Source of the DNA: a virus
Reading direction: 5' to 3' (one strand)
Length of the DNA: 64,000 nt
IMG/VR virus record: IMGVR_UViG_3300017917_004576
Location: 56,069 to 120,068 of that record
The notes below the pieces were generated by a model that searched no databases, was not told the origin of the DNA, and worked only from the letters and a program-made list of their open reading frames with translations. Made by a program: the position numbers and the translations under genes. How positions within the stretch are numbered: the stretch's first letter is position 1; every line of letters starts with the position of its first letter. This document shows, piece after piece, positions 1 through 9,504 of the stretch.

Positions 1-1
1 A

Positions 2-649
2 TTAATTGATGAAATTTTGGACGATGGTGCATATAGTTTACTAAGAGAAAATAATAGTTATTTAATAACACATAATAGTAATAAGAAGTATTTCTTACCC
101 AATATTCATCAGTGGCATAAAGCAGCATATTTTCAACCAGTACCAGCCGTACTTGTTTCTGGCAAACCGGTTGTGACCATAAATACAGACACTCCATATA
201 TTGTTGCAACAGAAAAGATAACTACTACTCAATCTCAAAATACTAACTCAACAGTTGTTCCCAAACAACTTTTGGCGGATCTAACAGTAAGTGGTTGGCT
301 AGTTGTTGATAAACTTATAGTGAGAGACGGAACAATTGCTTCTTCACTGAGCGATATTGGATTTGAGCCAGAAGTACCAACTGAAGAAACTATTAGTGGA
401 CAAACAATTGTAGATGGAGATCCACCACCACAACAAAATGAAACAGGTGGATCTAACAGCAATGTGTATTGGTCAAACTCAACAGCTTCTGTTAGAAAAG
501 ATGGAGTATATGGTGAAACAGAGCCTCCCTATCCACCAAATGGTAATGGAGAATCATTAGATTGTGAAGACCCACTACTTATAGAGACAAATAATATTCC
601 GTACTGGTGTAGACCAAGCGGTATATTTATAGGTCCTTATTTTTATTAA
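2..649 (+). CDS. Virion structural protein, C-terminal part (5' truncated by window edge)
   Basis: Frame open from window start; lies at the head of the + strand structural operon; no recognisable motif. Confidence 0.6.
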   Translation, partial: LIDEILDDGAYSLLRENNSYLITHNSNKKYFLPNIHQWHKAAYFQPVPAVLVSGKPVVTINTDTPYIVATEKITTTQSQNTNSTVVPKQLLADLTVSGWLVVDKLIVRDGTIASSLSDIGFEPEVPTEETISGQTIVDGDPPPQQNETGGSNSNVYWSNSTASVRKDGVYGETEPPYPPNGNGESLDCEDPLLIETNNIPYWCRPSGIFIGPYFY

Positions 650-661
650 TAGGAATTAAAT

Positions 662-3238
662 ATGTTATGGTATAATATTCTAAATCCACGTAATTGGCCT
701 GGTGTTAATATTCAAACAGGAAATAATAAAATAGATGGAGTATATTATAATCTATTAAGTAGCAATCATGTTAGCTTAGCAGCTAGTGGTAGTATGTTCT
801 TAGCAGCTAATAGCGGTATAAAGTTAATTAGTAAATCTTTTGTAGATACAAGCGGTATTAGAGCAAGTACTATTTTAGCAGAAAATTTTGGTAAAATTAA
901 TGCTACCGGAGGTATTATTCCATTTTATTCTGGCGTTAATAGTGGAATAGTGATTAAAAAGGATGACTCAACACTAATAACTACTGATTATATTGTATAT
1001 AATACTGGTAATTTTCTATCTTTTCCAGGAGGTTCCCCTGGATCGCTATTATATCTTGTTCCTCAATTTATACAAGATGGTGTTGTCGTCCCCACAACTA
1101 GAAAAATTGCCACATTTGACTATATCAACTTAGTGCCCGAATCAACAGATGCTGAAGGAGAAATTCTTTTTCCTGCTAGCATAAGCACAAATGTTGCTAT
1201 AAAGGCTAATAGTGGTATTGTGTTAGGACCAAATAATGATCTTGAATCTTATAAAGGATATATATTAACTCACAATGGTTCTGGTAATGTTGCTCAGTGG
1301 AAACCAGCAACATATCTAAGGGAAAATTATGATTCACAAGTCCCATATGAGGGATTAGAAGATGTTGGTTTATCGTGGATTAGATTTCCAAGAAGACCGG
1401 TATCATTTTTATCTAATAATAGAATAGCATTTTATTTATCTGATAGAACATGGTCTCCATATCCAGCTGTCACAAGTATAGAGCAGATAATTAAGGAGTT
1501 CGGTGACGGTTTGGATACTATAAGATTAGAAAATTTGGGTGGGGATGGAGAAGAAAGACAATATGTTTTTAGTAAATTCGCCACCACTGATATTTCTCCA
1601 TTTGCAGAATCTGTTCCGACTGGCTTGGTTATAGGTCCGTATGACTTTACAGATATTTTTGAGTCAACAGAAATTTTTGACCCTATGGAAACCGTTGGCG
1701 TCGGACAGTCCCCAACACCTGTTCCTGTTTTAATAGTACACATGTGTCCATCTGATCCATTATTACAAAGCACATTCTTAGATCAGAATGGATTTGCTTT
1801 TTCTGTTACGAAAGGTGGCTATTTACCTATGCAGTTGTCTCCGGATGCTATAGATCCACTATTGTGTCCAGATGCTACAAATTTAACTTTTAAACCATCA
1901 ACATCTAATAATATTAGTATAAGACCAAATATTTTTACTTCATTCAATATGCTTGGAGAAAATATTGATTTCTTAATTTATGGCAAAAAAACTATTCCAT
2001 ATAATAATTATGTTAGTGATATATATGAACTAAATGAAAATTATATTCCTAAAGGTTTAGAACCAGCTTTTAAAGTAGACGCTAATATCGAAAATTCTGT
2101 TATAGGATCTCCATCTGGTGTTGTATTTAGTAGATATTTAGATAGAAATAAAACTATTCCATCTGGATGGAGTTTTGATGATAAAGCTAAAATTAGTATA
2201 AATACTAGTGGATCATATATTTTATCTAGTATACCAAGTGGAAATTCTACATTATCTACATATGCAGATTTAACAATAAGTGGACACACATATTCTACAA
2301 CAATAACGACAGAAGACATATATTTAAAACCTGCACCATCTCAAGATAATACAGGAAAATATATTGCTAATGCTTTATTAACTATAGATAGTAATGGAAA
2401 AATTGTATCTAGAACACCAAGAACCAATCCAACGGTACCATCTAGACCATTGAATGTTAGAGGGTCTGTTGGTCATTACAATGCCGGTGCCGGTAATTAC
2501 GAATATTCAATTCAGTGGGATGCTCCAACAAACGATGGAAATAGTAGTATTATTAAATATTATATTCAATTTTCATTAGACGATGGATCAACTTGGACTA
2601 ACGCTCAGGATACAGCCCCAAACAGCACGGCCTATATTGATAGAGGAATATCCAATCAACAATCTTGTACTATCAAAAGTGTTGGTAGCAATATTATTTT
2701 CAGAGTAGCTGCTCAAAATAAAGTTGGTATCGGATCTTATTCCGAAGCCACATCAATATTTGTAACAAATACAACCGTACCAACTTCTCCCATATCACTA
2801 TCTGGAACTAGAGAAGTTATAGATACTAATATTTCTCAAATTAATTTATCTTGGGGCGATAGCGCCCAATTAGGACTTGGTGGAGAAGCAGCGTTTTCTG
2901 GTTATGTGATAGAAGAATCAGAAGATTATGGTAATACTTGGTACTATTATAATTTACCATCTGGAAATAATTTTATCACAGATACCGACGAGACTATAAC
3001 AGGCTTATCTAGTAGAAAAGATTATTTATATAGAATTAGTGCATGGAATACCAGCGGGCCTAGCGCATATTCATTTTTATATTCTTCTGGCTTGACCATA
3101 ATTGAAATTGATCCAGAAGAAGGTGAGGCTGTTATTGATAATAATACTCAAACAGCAGAAGAAATACAAGAAGCAGAAGATATCTTAGGTAATTGGGATT
3201 TTGGTGTTATTTTATTCACAGGAGTGTGTAGCATATGA
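662..3238 (+). CDS. Tail-associated protein with two C-terminal fibronectin type III domains
   Basis: FN3 motifs PSRPLNV...IQWDAPTNDGNSSIIKYYIQFS...FRVAAQNKVGIGSYS and a second repeat ...YRISAWNTSG; AGGA RBS upstream. Confidence 0.75.
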   Translation: MLWYNILNPRNWPGVNIQTGNNKIDGVYYNLLSSNHVSLAASGSMFLAANSGIKLISKSFVDTSGIRASTILAENFGKINATGGIIPFYSGVNSGIVIKKDDSTLITTDYIVYNTGNFLSFPGGSPGSLLYLVPQFIQDGVVVPTTRKIATFDYINLVPESTDAEGEILFPASISTNVAIKANSGIVLGPNNDLESYKGYILTHNGSGNVAQWKPATYLRENYDSQVPYEGLEDVGLSWIRFPRRPVSFLSNNRIAFYLSDRTWSPYPAVTSIEQIIKEFGDGLDTIRLENLGGDGEERQYVFSKFATTDISPFAESVPTGLVIGPYDFTDIFESTEIFDPMETVGVGQSPTPVPVLIVHMCPSDPLLQSTFLDQNGFAFSVTKGGYLPMQLSPDAIDPLLCPDATNLTFKPSTSNNISIRPNIFTSFNMLGENIDFLIYGKKTIPYNNYVSDIYELNENYIPKGLEPAFKVDANIENSVIGSPSGVVFSRYLDRNKTIPSGWSFDDKAKISINTSGSYILSSIPSGNSTLSTYADLTISGHTYSTTITTEDIYLKPAPSQDNTGKYIANALLTIDSNGKIVSRTPRTNPTVPSRPLNVRGSVGHYNAGAGNYEYSIQWDAPTNDGNSSIIKYYIQFSLDDGSTWTNAQDTAPNSTAYIDRGISNQQSCTIKSVGSNIIFRVAAQNKVGIGSYSEATSIFVTNTTVPTSPISLSGTREVIDTNISQINLSWGDSAQLGLGGEAAFSGYVIEESEDYGNTWYYYNLPSGNNFITDTDETITGLSSRKDYLYRISAWNTSGPSAYSFLYSSGLTIIEIDPEEGEAVIDNNTQTAEEIQEAEDILGNWDFGVILFTGVCSI

Positions 3239-3777
3239 GACTTCAACTTAAAAGAGATGAAACCGGAACAGGTTTTCCAGCACCAGATCAAATAGCTGTT
3301 GGAGAATTAGTTATAAACAGTAAAACAGGTAAATTATATACAAAATTAGTGGATGGTTCAATTATGGAATGGATAGGACAAAAAATATGTTTTGAACCTT
3401 TACCAATTATATCATTTGAATATAATAATACTAATATATCTAATATAGATAAATTTTGTTGTGCTGGAGATAACATAATTGTTAAAGTAGATAAATTAAA
3501 AATAGAACCTTTTATTTATAATTTTGATTTTATAGAACTAACACAAAATTCTGGATCAGAATTAATATCTATCTCTGATCCAAGATTTGAAACATATACA
3601 GAAACTGTCGATGGAATCACAAGAAATATTAGGAAAGCTGTTATTCCTATTAATTTTTCTATAAAAAATACAAACTATAATAATATTAGTATGTTCAAAT
3701 TTATAGTTAGTGATTCTAATCTAACAACTATTACTGAACAAATAATCACACTTAAATGTTTGGAAGCATCACTATGA
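3235..3777 (+). CDS. Tail fibre-like protein
   Basis: N-terminal LQLKR...P..IAVGELVINSKTGKLY resembles the common phage tail-fibre N-terminal motif; ATGA overlap with upstream gene. Confidence 0.55.
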   Translation: MRLQLKRDETGTGFPAPDQIAVGELVINSKTGKLYTKLVDGSIMEWIGQKICFEPLPIISFEYNNTNISNIDKFCCAGDNIIVKVDKLKIEPFIYNFDFIELTQNSGSELISISDPRFETYTETVDGITRNIRKAVIPINFSIKNTNYNNISMFKFIVSDSNLTTITEQIITLKCLEASL

Positions 3778-4658
3778 TAAATATAAAGAATTTTAGTTTA
3801 TCAGATGGTGAGTCTGGTATATTGCTAGTATTTCCACAAGTACCGCAATCTTTGCCAAATAAAGACATTTATATTATTGATTTTAAAGTTTCATCAGTTT
3901 TACCAACATTATCCCCACCGACTGTTTCATTTATTCCGGAAAATCCCGCATATACAATAATAAAAAACAAAAATTTCTCACCAACTGTTAATATTAAAAT
4001 AAAAGCTAATCATAATTTTGAAACACAGTCATTGATTCAAAGTGTTATTAAAGATCAATATAATAATATTATTTATAATGATTATATTTTAGTTATATGT
4101 TCTCCAGTTTCAGAATTTAGTTTCAAAGGAAGACTGTTGAGTTGGACAACATCAGAAGGCGTTGGTCCTAATGGTGGGTCTATTCTCAGAATGAATGATG
4201 CTAATGCTACTGCTTCTTTATTATCTGGAATGATTGTTAAAGGGCCTGGAATACCGGAAGACAAAACAGTGTCAATTCGAAGCTTTATTCAGGGTAGTTC
4301 GACTGATATTGAATTATCAGAAAATTTAAATGTTTCGTTAAATAATTATTCTGGAACTTATATTTTTTCCAGGTCTTTGACATGTGCAAATAGTGAACAA
4401 TTAATTAATAAAATTATACAAAATAATTATACTATTCTAAATAAATCAAATAACTGGACGCAAACTTATGACGAACAAGTTATTGTGAAATTTGTTAGAT
4501 TAGATCTATTGGATGATGATATTGAGGTCTTTTTACCCTTAAAAAATATTAGTGTTATAGTAGACAAAAATACAGCCGCTCCAATTCCCTCTGTTGCTGA
4601 TATATATGGTGTTGGTAGAGTAATCAACTCCTCTATTTGCTTAGTAAATATTTCGTAG
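3774..4658 (+). CDS. Hypothetical virion protein
   Basis: Start moved to ATG 3774 (ATGA overlap); contains a GMIVKGPGIP motif seen in phage structural beta-domains. Confidence 0.55.
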   Translation: MINIKNFSLSDGESGILLVFPQVPQSLPNKDIYIIDFKVSSVLPTLSPPTVSFIPENPAYTIIKNKNFSPTVNIKIKANHNFETQSLIQSVIKDQYNNIIYNDYILVICSPVSEFSFKGRLLSWTTSEGVGPNGGSILRMNDANATASLLSGMIVKGPGIPEDKTVSIRSFIQGSSTDIELSENLNVSLNNYSGTYIFSRSLTCANSEQLINKIIQNNYTILNKSNNWTQTYDEQVIVKFVRLDLLDDDIEVFLPLKNISVIVDKNTAAPIPSVADIYGVGRVINSSICLVNIS

Positions 4659-4666
4659 ATGACTTA

Positions 4667-4677
4667 GGTGTATATTA
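4667..4677 (+). promoter_or_regulatory. GGTGTATATTA putative phage-specific (late) promoter
   Basis: Intergenic, upstream of ORF 4713; same motif recurs upstream of several - strand genes. Confidence 0.55.
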
Positions 4678-4712
4678 CTTATAATTAAATTACTTTTAAG
4701 ATATTAATTTAT

Positions 4713-5924
4713 ATGATTATTAATAATCAATTTTATATTTTTACATACGCTGGATCTGAACCATTAAACCTAATGGAAATTCCAGAGGAATTTAGCAATA
4801 ATCCAATATTGTTATCACAATATAACACATTTATACAATCTATAGACTCCATATATGGTAGTCAAAATATAAATGATAATATTCCAGTATTTTGGACTCG
4901 TAGGGTTTCTTTAACAGATTCTCTTGGAAATAATAATATCGGTTATCAACCACACCCTGACTCAACTCTTACACAATTAGATTCAAAAGAATCTTATTAT
5001 GTTATAGTAAGAAATTTGGATAGTCTACCTATAATTGTTCCCATATTAGGAGATGCCGTAGCAGGATTCACTGATAATAGTCTAGCTCCAATTATAACAG
5101 GAATAAATAATATTTCTCTTTCAGCTAATTCTGGTAATAGTATTGTAATAAAACCAGAAATAGGACAACTTCAACAATATGAAACATATTCGTATGAGTA
5201 CAAGGGCTTATCTGCAAATTGGCCAATTACCATATCGCCAATATCCGGAATAATTAGGCCATCAACAGATAAGGCTAAATTAAGTTCAGTTTTATCTTTT
5301 TGTGCAACTTCTGGTTCCTGTTGTTCTTGTGTAATTGATCCAGATATAATTATGGGCAATATTAAAAATAGATGTCCTAACTTTAATGAGATAGATTTAT
5401 ATAGTACATTCGAATTAGAAATAAAACCAGTATCTTTTAGTGGTATAACTGTTAAGAGCAATCCTATCACAATGGAGTGCAAAGACTGCTTACCAAGAGT
5501 ACGCATTAATTTACAACAATATAGTCCATCTATAGATCTTACATCCACAAACACTGTCAATGTTTCTTCTGTAATATCTAATTTGGAACCGACACAAAAT
5601 TATACTTATGAATATGTTGGTATTGGTGGCAATTGGCCAGCTATGTTTATAACACCAATTAGTGGAGTTATAACTTCTTACAGGCCAAATGAAGACTTTA
5701 CACTAACATCAAGACTAACATTCTGTCCAACAACTGGTCTTTGTCCATCTACGGATTCTTCTGTTTTAGATTATACTGTTGATCCAAAATTTATAGAATC
5801 TTATTACACATCTTTTGTTCTAAAAATTACCCCAAACACATGTACGGAGCCATATTATTTATTTCAAAACAGCAGTAGTGTATATAGCACGCCACTAACA
5901 ATATATTGTAATGATTGCTTATAA
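4713..5924 (+). CDS. Cys-rich repeat virion protein (two YxY..NWP..PxSG modules)
   Basis: Internal repeats YSYEYKGLSANWPITISPISG and YTYEYVGIGGNWPAMFITPISG, modules ending in CxxC. Confidence 0.6.
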   Translation: MIINNQFYIFTYAGSEPLNLMEIPEEFSNNPILLSQYNTFIQSIDSIYGSQNINDNIPVFWTRRVSLTDSLGNNNIGYQPHPDSTLTQLDSKESYYVIVRNLDSLPIIVPILGDAVAGFTDNSLAPIITGINNISLSANSGNSIVIKPEIGQLQQYETYSYEYKGLSANWPITISPISGIIRPSTDKAKLSSVLSFCATSGSCCSCVIDPDIIMGNIKNRCPNFNEIDLYSTFELEIKPVSFSGITVKSNPITMECKDCLPRVRINLQQYSPSIDLTSTNTVNVSSVISNLEPTQNYTYEYVGIGGNWPAMFITPISGVITSYRPNEDFTLTSRLTFCPTTGLCPSTDSSVLDYTVDPKFIESYYTSFVLKITPNTCTEPYYLFQNSSSVYSTPLTIYCNDCL

Positions 5925-5935
5925 GGTTTTTAATT

Positions 5936-7075
5936 ATGAAAAAAAATAATAACTTTAATCTATCTATTCCAGTTAGTGGATTAATAAAAAGAGAAGATTA
6001 TAGATACGATATAGTCGGACTTGGTGGGAATTGGCCCGTTATAGCGTTGCCTCCTAGCGGTTCTTTTACAGCAACAAGTAAAACTAGAAATATAGATACT
6101 ACTATTATATTTTTACCCACAACAGGATCATCTCACAATCAAAACTATTTAGATTATGATCTATTAACTTGTGGGTATCAAACAGACGAAGTATTCACGA
6201 ATATATCTGCCAAAGTCACTAGTTTGGGAGATGGGTCAATTATTCAATCTCCGGTTCAACTTGTTAAATGCTCGGGATGCGTTTATCAAATGGGTGTTGA
6301 TATTTCTGGATGTGGCAGTCAAAACTGCGAAACTATTCCTAGTAAAATTACTTTAACGTCATCTAATATAGTTAGTATTACTGGGATAGCTAGTGGATTA
6401 TTACCTAATGCGAAATATAATTATAGTTTTACATGTAATGATAGTAATTGGCCTAGCATATTAAAACCCATTAGTGGATCATTTATTGCGTCACAAGATG
6501 GAACAGAAACTATAGTTAGCAAATTAATGTTTTGCTATCCTTCCGGAAATTGTCCCAGCGGAACATCGAATTTATTACCATATACTCTTGATAGTATGGC
6601 TGAAAAAGATCTTAATAATAAAAAACTTCATACGAACTTGACATTGAGTATACTATCGGAGTGTGGTGATTTAGCAACTAGTAAAGAGACCGCTATAGAA
6701 TGCGATAATTGTCTACCGTGTGTTAGATACGCTAATATTGTTTTTAGTGGATCTCCATTAATAACGCTAGAACCAGGATGTTGTCAAGGTCAAAAATTTA
6801 TGAGCGTTAATGTTAGTAATGCTATTCCTGGAGAAAAATATACTTATAATTTTGATAGTATTCCTTCTAGCGGCACACAGTTTTTAACATTTAGCCCAAG
6901 TAGTGGGGAGATTTATTTTGGGAGTGGCGGATATGGAAAAATAAATACTATAATGAGTACCAATCTTACTGATTATGCTCAAACTTTATTAACTGTTGAA
7001 CTGATTCATACAAATACAAATATAAAGGTTCATGACACTGTTGGATTAGCTTGCAGAAGTGATTCGTGTGATTGA
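5936..7075 (+). CDS. Cys-rich repeat virion protein, paralog of 4713..5924
   Basis: YRYDIVGLGGNWPVIALPPSG, YNYSFTCNDSNWPSILKPISG and a degenerate third module; start at MKKNN after AAGG. Confidence 0.6.
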   Translation: MKKNNNFNLSIPVSGLIKREDYRYDIVGLGGNWPVIALPPSGSFTATSKTRNIDTTIIFLPTTGSSHNQNYLDYDLLTCGYQTDEVFTNISAKVTSLGDGSIIQSPVQLVKCSGCVYQMGVDISGCGSQNCETIPSKITLTSSNIVSITGIASGLLPNAKYNYSFTCNDSNWPSILKPISGSFIASQDGTETIVSKLMFCYPSGNCPSGTSNLLPYTLDSMAEKDLNNKKLHTNLTLSILSECGDLATSKETAIECDNCLPCVRYANIVFSGSPLITLEPGCCQGQKFMSVNVSNAIPGEKYTYNFDSIPSSGTQFLTFSPSSGEIYFGSGGYGKINTIMSTNLTDYAQTLLTVELIHTNTNIKVHDTVGLACRSDSCD

Positions 7076-7093
7076 CCAACTAAGGACTAAGAT

Positions 7094-7432
7094 ATGACAG
7101 ATATTTTTGTTTCTACAGATATTATTCCGATTCAATTAAATAATTTATTAATATGTCATGAGTATCTTGTAACCTATAAAATACACTATGCTCAAAATCA
7201 ATATAATGCTAATTTAGATAAATATTCTTTTAATTTTAGAGCAGCTAGTTCTGTTAAAAATATTTTTGTTTTACTCACCAAAGATACGAGAATTAGTAAT
7301 CTATTGTTAGAGGTTAATGTTTTTGATATTAATGAAAATAATAGTTTAACTTATAGTAATTTTATTAAGTGTCCAGATTATAATAGTTGTGATCCTCCTA
7401 TACCTACTCCCACACCAACAGTAATAGTATGA
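7094..7432 (+). CDS. Hypothetical protein ending in a short PTPTPT stub
   Basis: 112-aa ORF with AAGGA RBS. Confidence 0.55.
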   Translation: MTDIFVSTDIIPIQLNNLLICHEYLVTYKIHYAQNQYNANLDKYSFNFRAASSVKNIFVLLTKDTRISNLLLEVNVFDINENNSLTYSNFIKCPDYNSCDPPIPTPTPTVIV

Positions 7433-7491
7433 ATGGACAAGCATATATTAGTAATGATAGTGGAATTTCTTGGACACAAAAAAATATTTAA
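7429..7491 (+). pseudogene. 20-codon remnant encoding a single BNR/Asp-box (MNGQAYISNDSGISWTQKNI)
   Basis: Manual translation; S-x-D-x-G-x-S-W motif; ATGA overlap with upstream stop. Confidence 0.4.
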
Positions 7492-7499
7492 TATAAAAT

Positions 7500-9503
7500 A
7501 TGGTATACAATCAATTAAATTTACAACAAGATAATTTTACTACTCAGAGTGTTGGGAATACACCTAGGATAGTAATAAATTATAATGGAATTGATATTCA
7601 TAGTATAACTGGACCAGTTCCTGTTGTTGATATTAGTTATAGTTTTAATAATAATGGTAATGATCTAGCCGAAAGCGTAACAACAAATGTAACTCTTATT
7701 GGTAAAATTCTTAGATGGCCAGAAGGTCAAAATATTGGTGGTGTAGATACTAATAAAGCAATGCCAGGATTTAGTGGTATTATAGCTGGTGTTAGTGGAT
7801 TGAGAAAAATTTTTACAGACGAACCGTATGGTGTTCTGAAATTTAAGTGCGGCTCTTCAATATTACATGAAATAAGTGGATTAAGAGCACGAGATATACA
7901 AATTAATAATACAGAAGATAATTGGGCGCAAACTGCGGACTATACAATTACTTTGGAAGGATCAGAAAGATTGTGGAGCGGAAGTGGCGATGATGCAATA
8001 GAAGCATTTGTTACAGAAAGACAGGACACATGGAATATCGAACCTTTAGACGACAGCACATACACAAATTTCACCAGATCTGTTACAGGAAAATACGAGT
8101 ATAGTAATCCTAAGCTTAACAGACCACAAGGAGCCGGGGCAAATTCGTTCAGCACTCCCGGAGGACCATCATCAGAAACAAATTCTTTGCGAGTTACTAA
8201 TATTCCGCAGTTTCGTATAACTAGAAGACTGTCCGCCAAAGGATCTGTTAGACCAAATGATCCGGCCGGGAAAATATCTAGATCGAATCTATATGATGAA
8301 AATACAAAACCTTATGTTTTTGCCAAAACATGGGTTGAGAATATGGCAAAAAAGAGTTTTCAAACATCGGATATAACAAATAATAGTTCTCCATATTTTA
8401 AAAATCCTTTTGATCAAAATTTATTTGCTTTTAATCATAATAGAACAATTAATATTGATATATATAATGGTACATACGAGATTAATGATACTTGGCTGGC
8501 AATGCCAAGCGGTATCCCATATACCGAAACTTATACTTTGGAAACATCTACTGGAGAAGATTATATTAGAACAGTAAGGGTAGCTGGTACCATAGTGGGC
8601 TTAGTAATATCAGATCACGGATTAATGACAAATAGTGGCGTTTTAGTTAGCGGCACTGGCAACGGTGGAGATATAAATTCTGCACTAAGACTAGATAACT
8701 ATGCTGTTAATGGACAAAATTATGGAACCGCCTATAGTTCTCTAGATATGACCACCCCCACTTTTGGACAACCAACCTCTGCTTTAACGCCACAGTCTAT
8801 ATCTGGTACAAAATATGATAATGCTCGTAATGCTTGGCTAGAACATATTAAACCGATGCTTTATAGGAGAGCGTGTCTAGCTGTTAATAGTCCAGATAGA
8901 ACAATGACCTATACTCCATCTTATCCTACAAATCCTCCAACAGTTCCTAATAATCCTATATATAGTCAAGAAACATTATTAAGTACAATTCCCGTAAATA
9001 CAAGCGAAGGACACGATCCGAGGAAAGGAACGATTAATTATAGTTATGAATATAGTAGTCGATTAACAATTATTAGTGGTGTAATTAGCGAAAATATTAG
9101 TGTTAATTATGATAATCCTATAGATAGTACCACAGAATTAAATATTATAGGTAGAGCTTTGGGTCCAATAATACAAAGAACCGGAAGATCTTTGCCTAAA
9201 AAAACAATTAGTATAGAAATAGGAATAATGCCAATAACAGGAATTAATCAATTATCTATCAATAGTCCAGAATGTCCGATGCACAAAAGCGGCTATCTTT
9301 TTCAAACTATCGAAAAAATTATAGAGGCACATAGACCATATTCTCCAAGTAATTTCTTGACTAATGAACCAATACAGACCGAGGGTTTGGTGTATACATC
9401 TCAGGATGGTGAAACATGGAATCCTACTGCTGGAAAGTATTCTAGAAATGTTAGCTGGACATATCAGCAACTTTCAATAACAAGAGATTTTAGGGACCAT
9501 TAA
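7500..9503 (+). CDS. Putative tail/baseplate structural protein
   Basis: 667 aa, beta-rich T/S/N/G composition, position before giant virion genes. Confidence 0.55.
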   Translation: MVYNQLNLQQDNFTTQSVGNTPRIVINYNGIDIHSITGPVPVVDISYSFNNNGNDLAESVTTNVTLIGKILRWPEGQNIGGVDTNKAMPGFSGIIAGVSGLRKIFTDEPYGVLKFKCGSSILHEISGLRARDIQINNTEDNWAQTADYTITLEGSERLWSGSGDDAIEAFVTERQDTWNIEPLDDSTYTNFTRSVTGKYEYSNPKLNRPQGAGANSFSTPGGPSSETNSLRVTNIPQFRITRRLSAKGSVRPNDPAGKISRSNLYDENTKPYVFAKTWVENMAKKSFQTSDITNNSSPYFKNPFDQNLFAFNHNRTINIDIYNGTYEINDTWLAMPSGIPYTETYTLETSTGEDYIRTVRVAGTIVGLVISDHGLMTNSGVLVSGTGNGGDINSALRLDNYAVNGQNYGTAYSSLDMTTPTFGQPTSALTPQSISGTKYDNARNAWLEHIKPMLYRRACLAVNSPDRTMTYTPSYPTNPPTVPNNPIYSQETLLSTIPVNTSEGHDPRKGTINYSYEYSSRLTIISGVISENISVNYDNPIDSTTELNIIGRALGPIIQRTGRSLPKKTISIEIGIMPITGINQLSINSPECPMHKSGYLFQTIEKIIEAHRPYSPSNFLTNEPIQTEGLVYTSQDGETWNPTAGKYSRNVSWTYQQLSITRDFRDH

Positions 9504-9504
9504 A

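Noticed and set aside
9389-9398. GGTGTATACA inside ORF 7500..9503
   Set aside because: Intragenic and over 100 nt from the next start; could be chance
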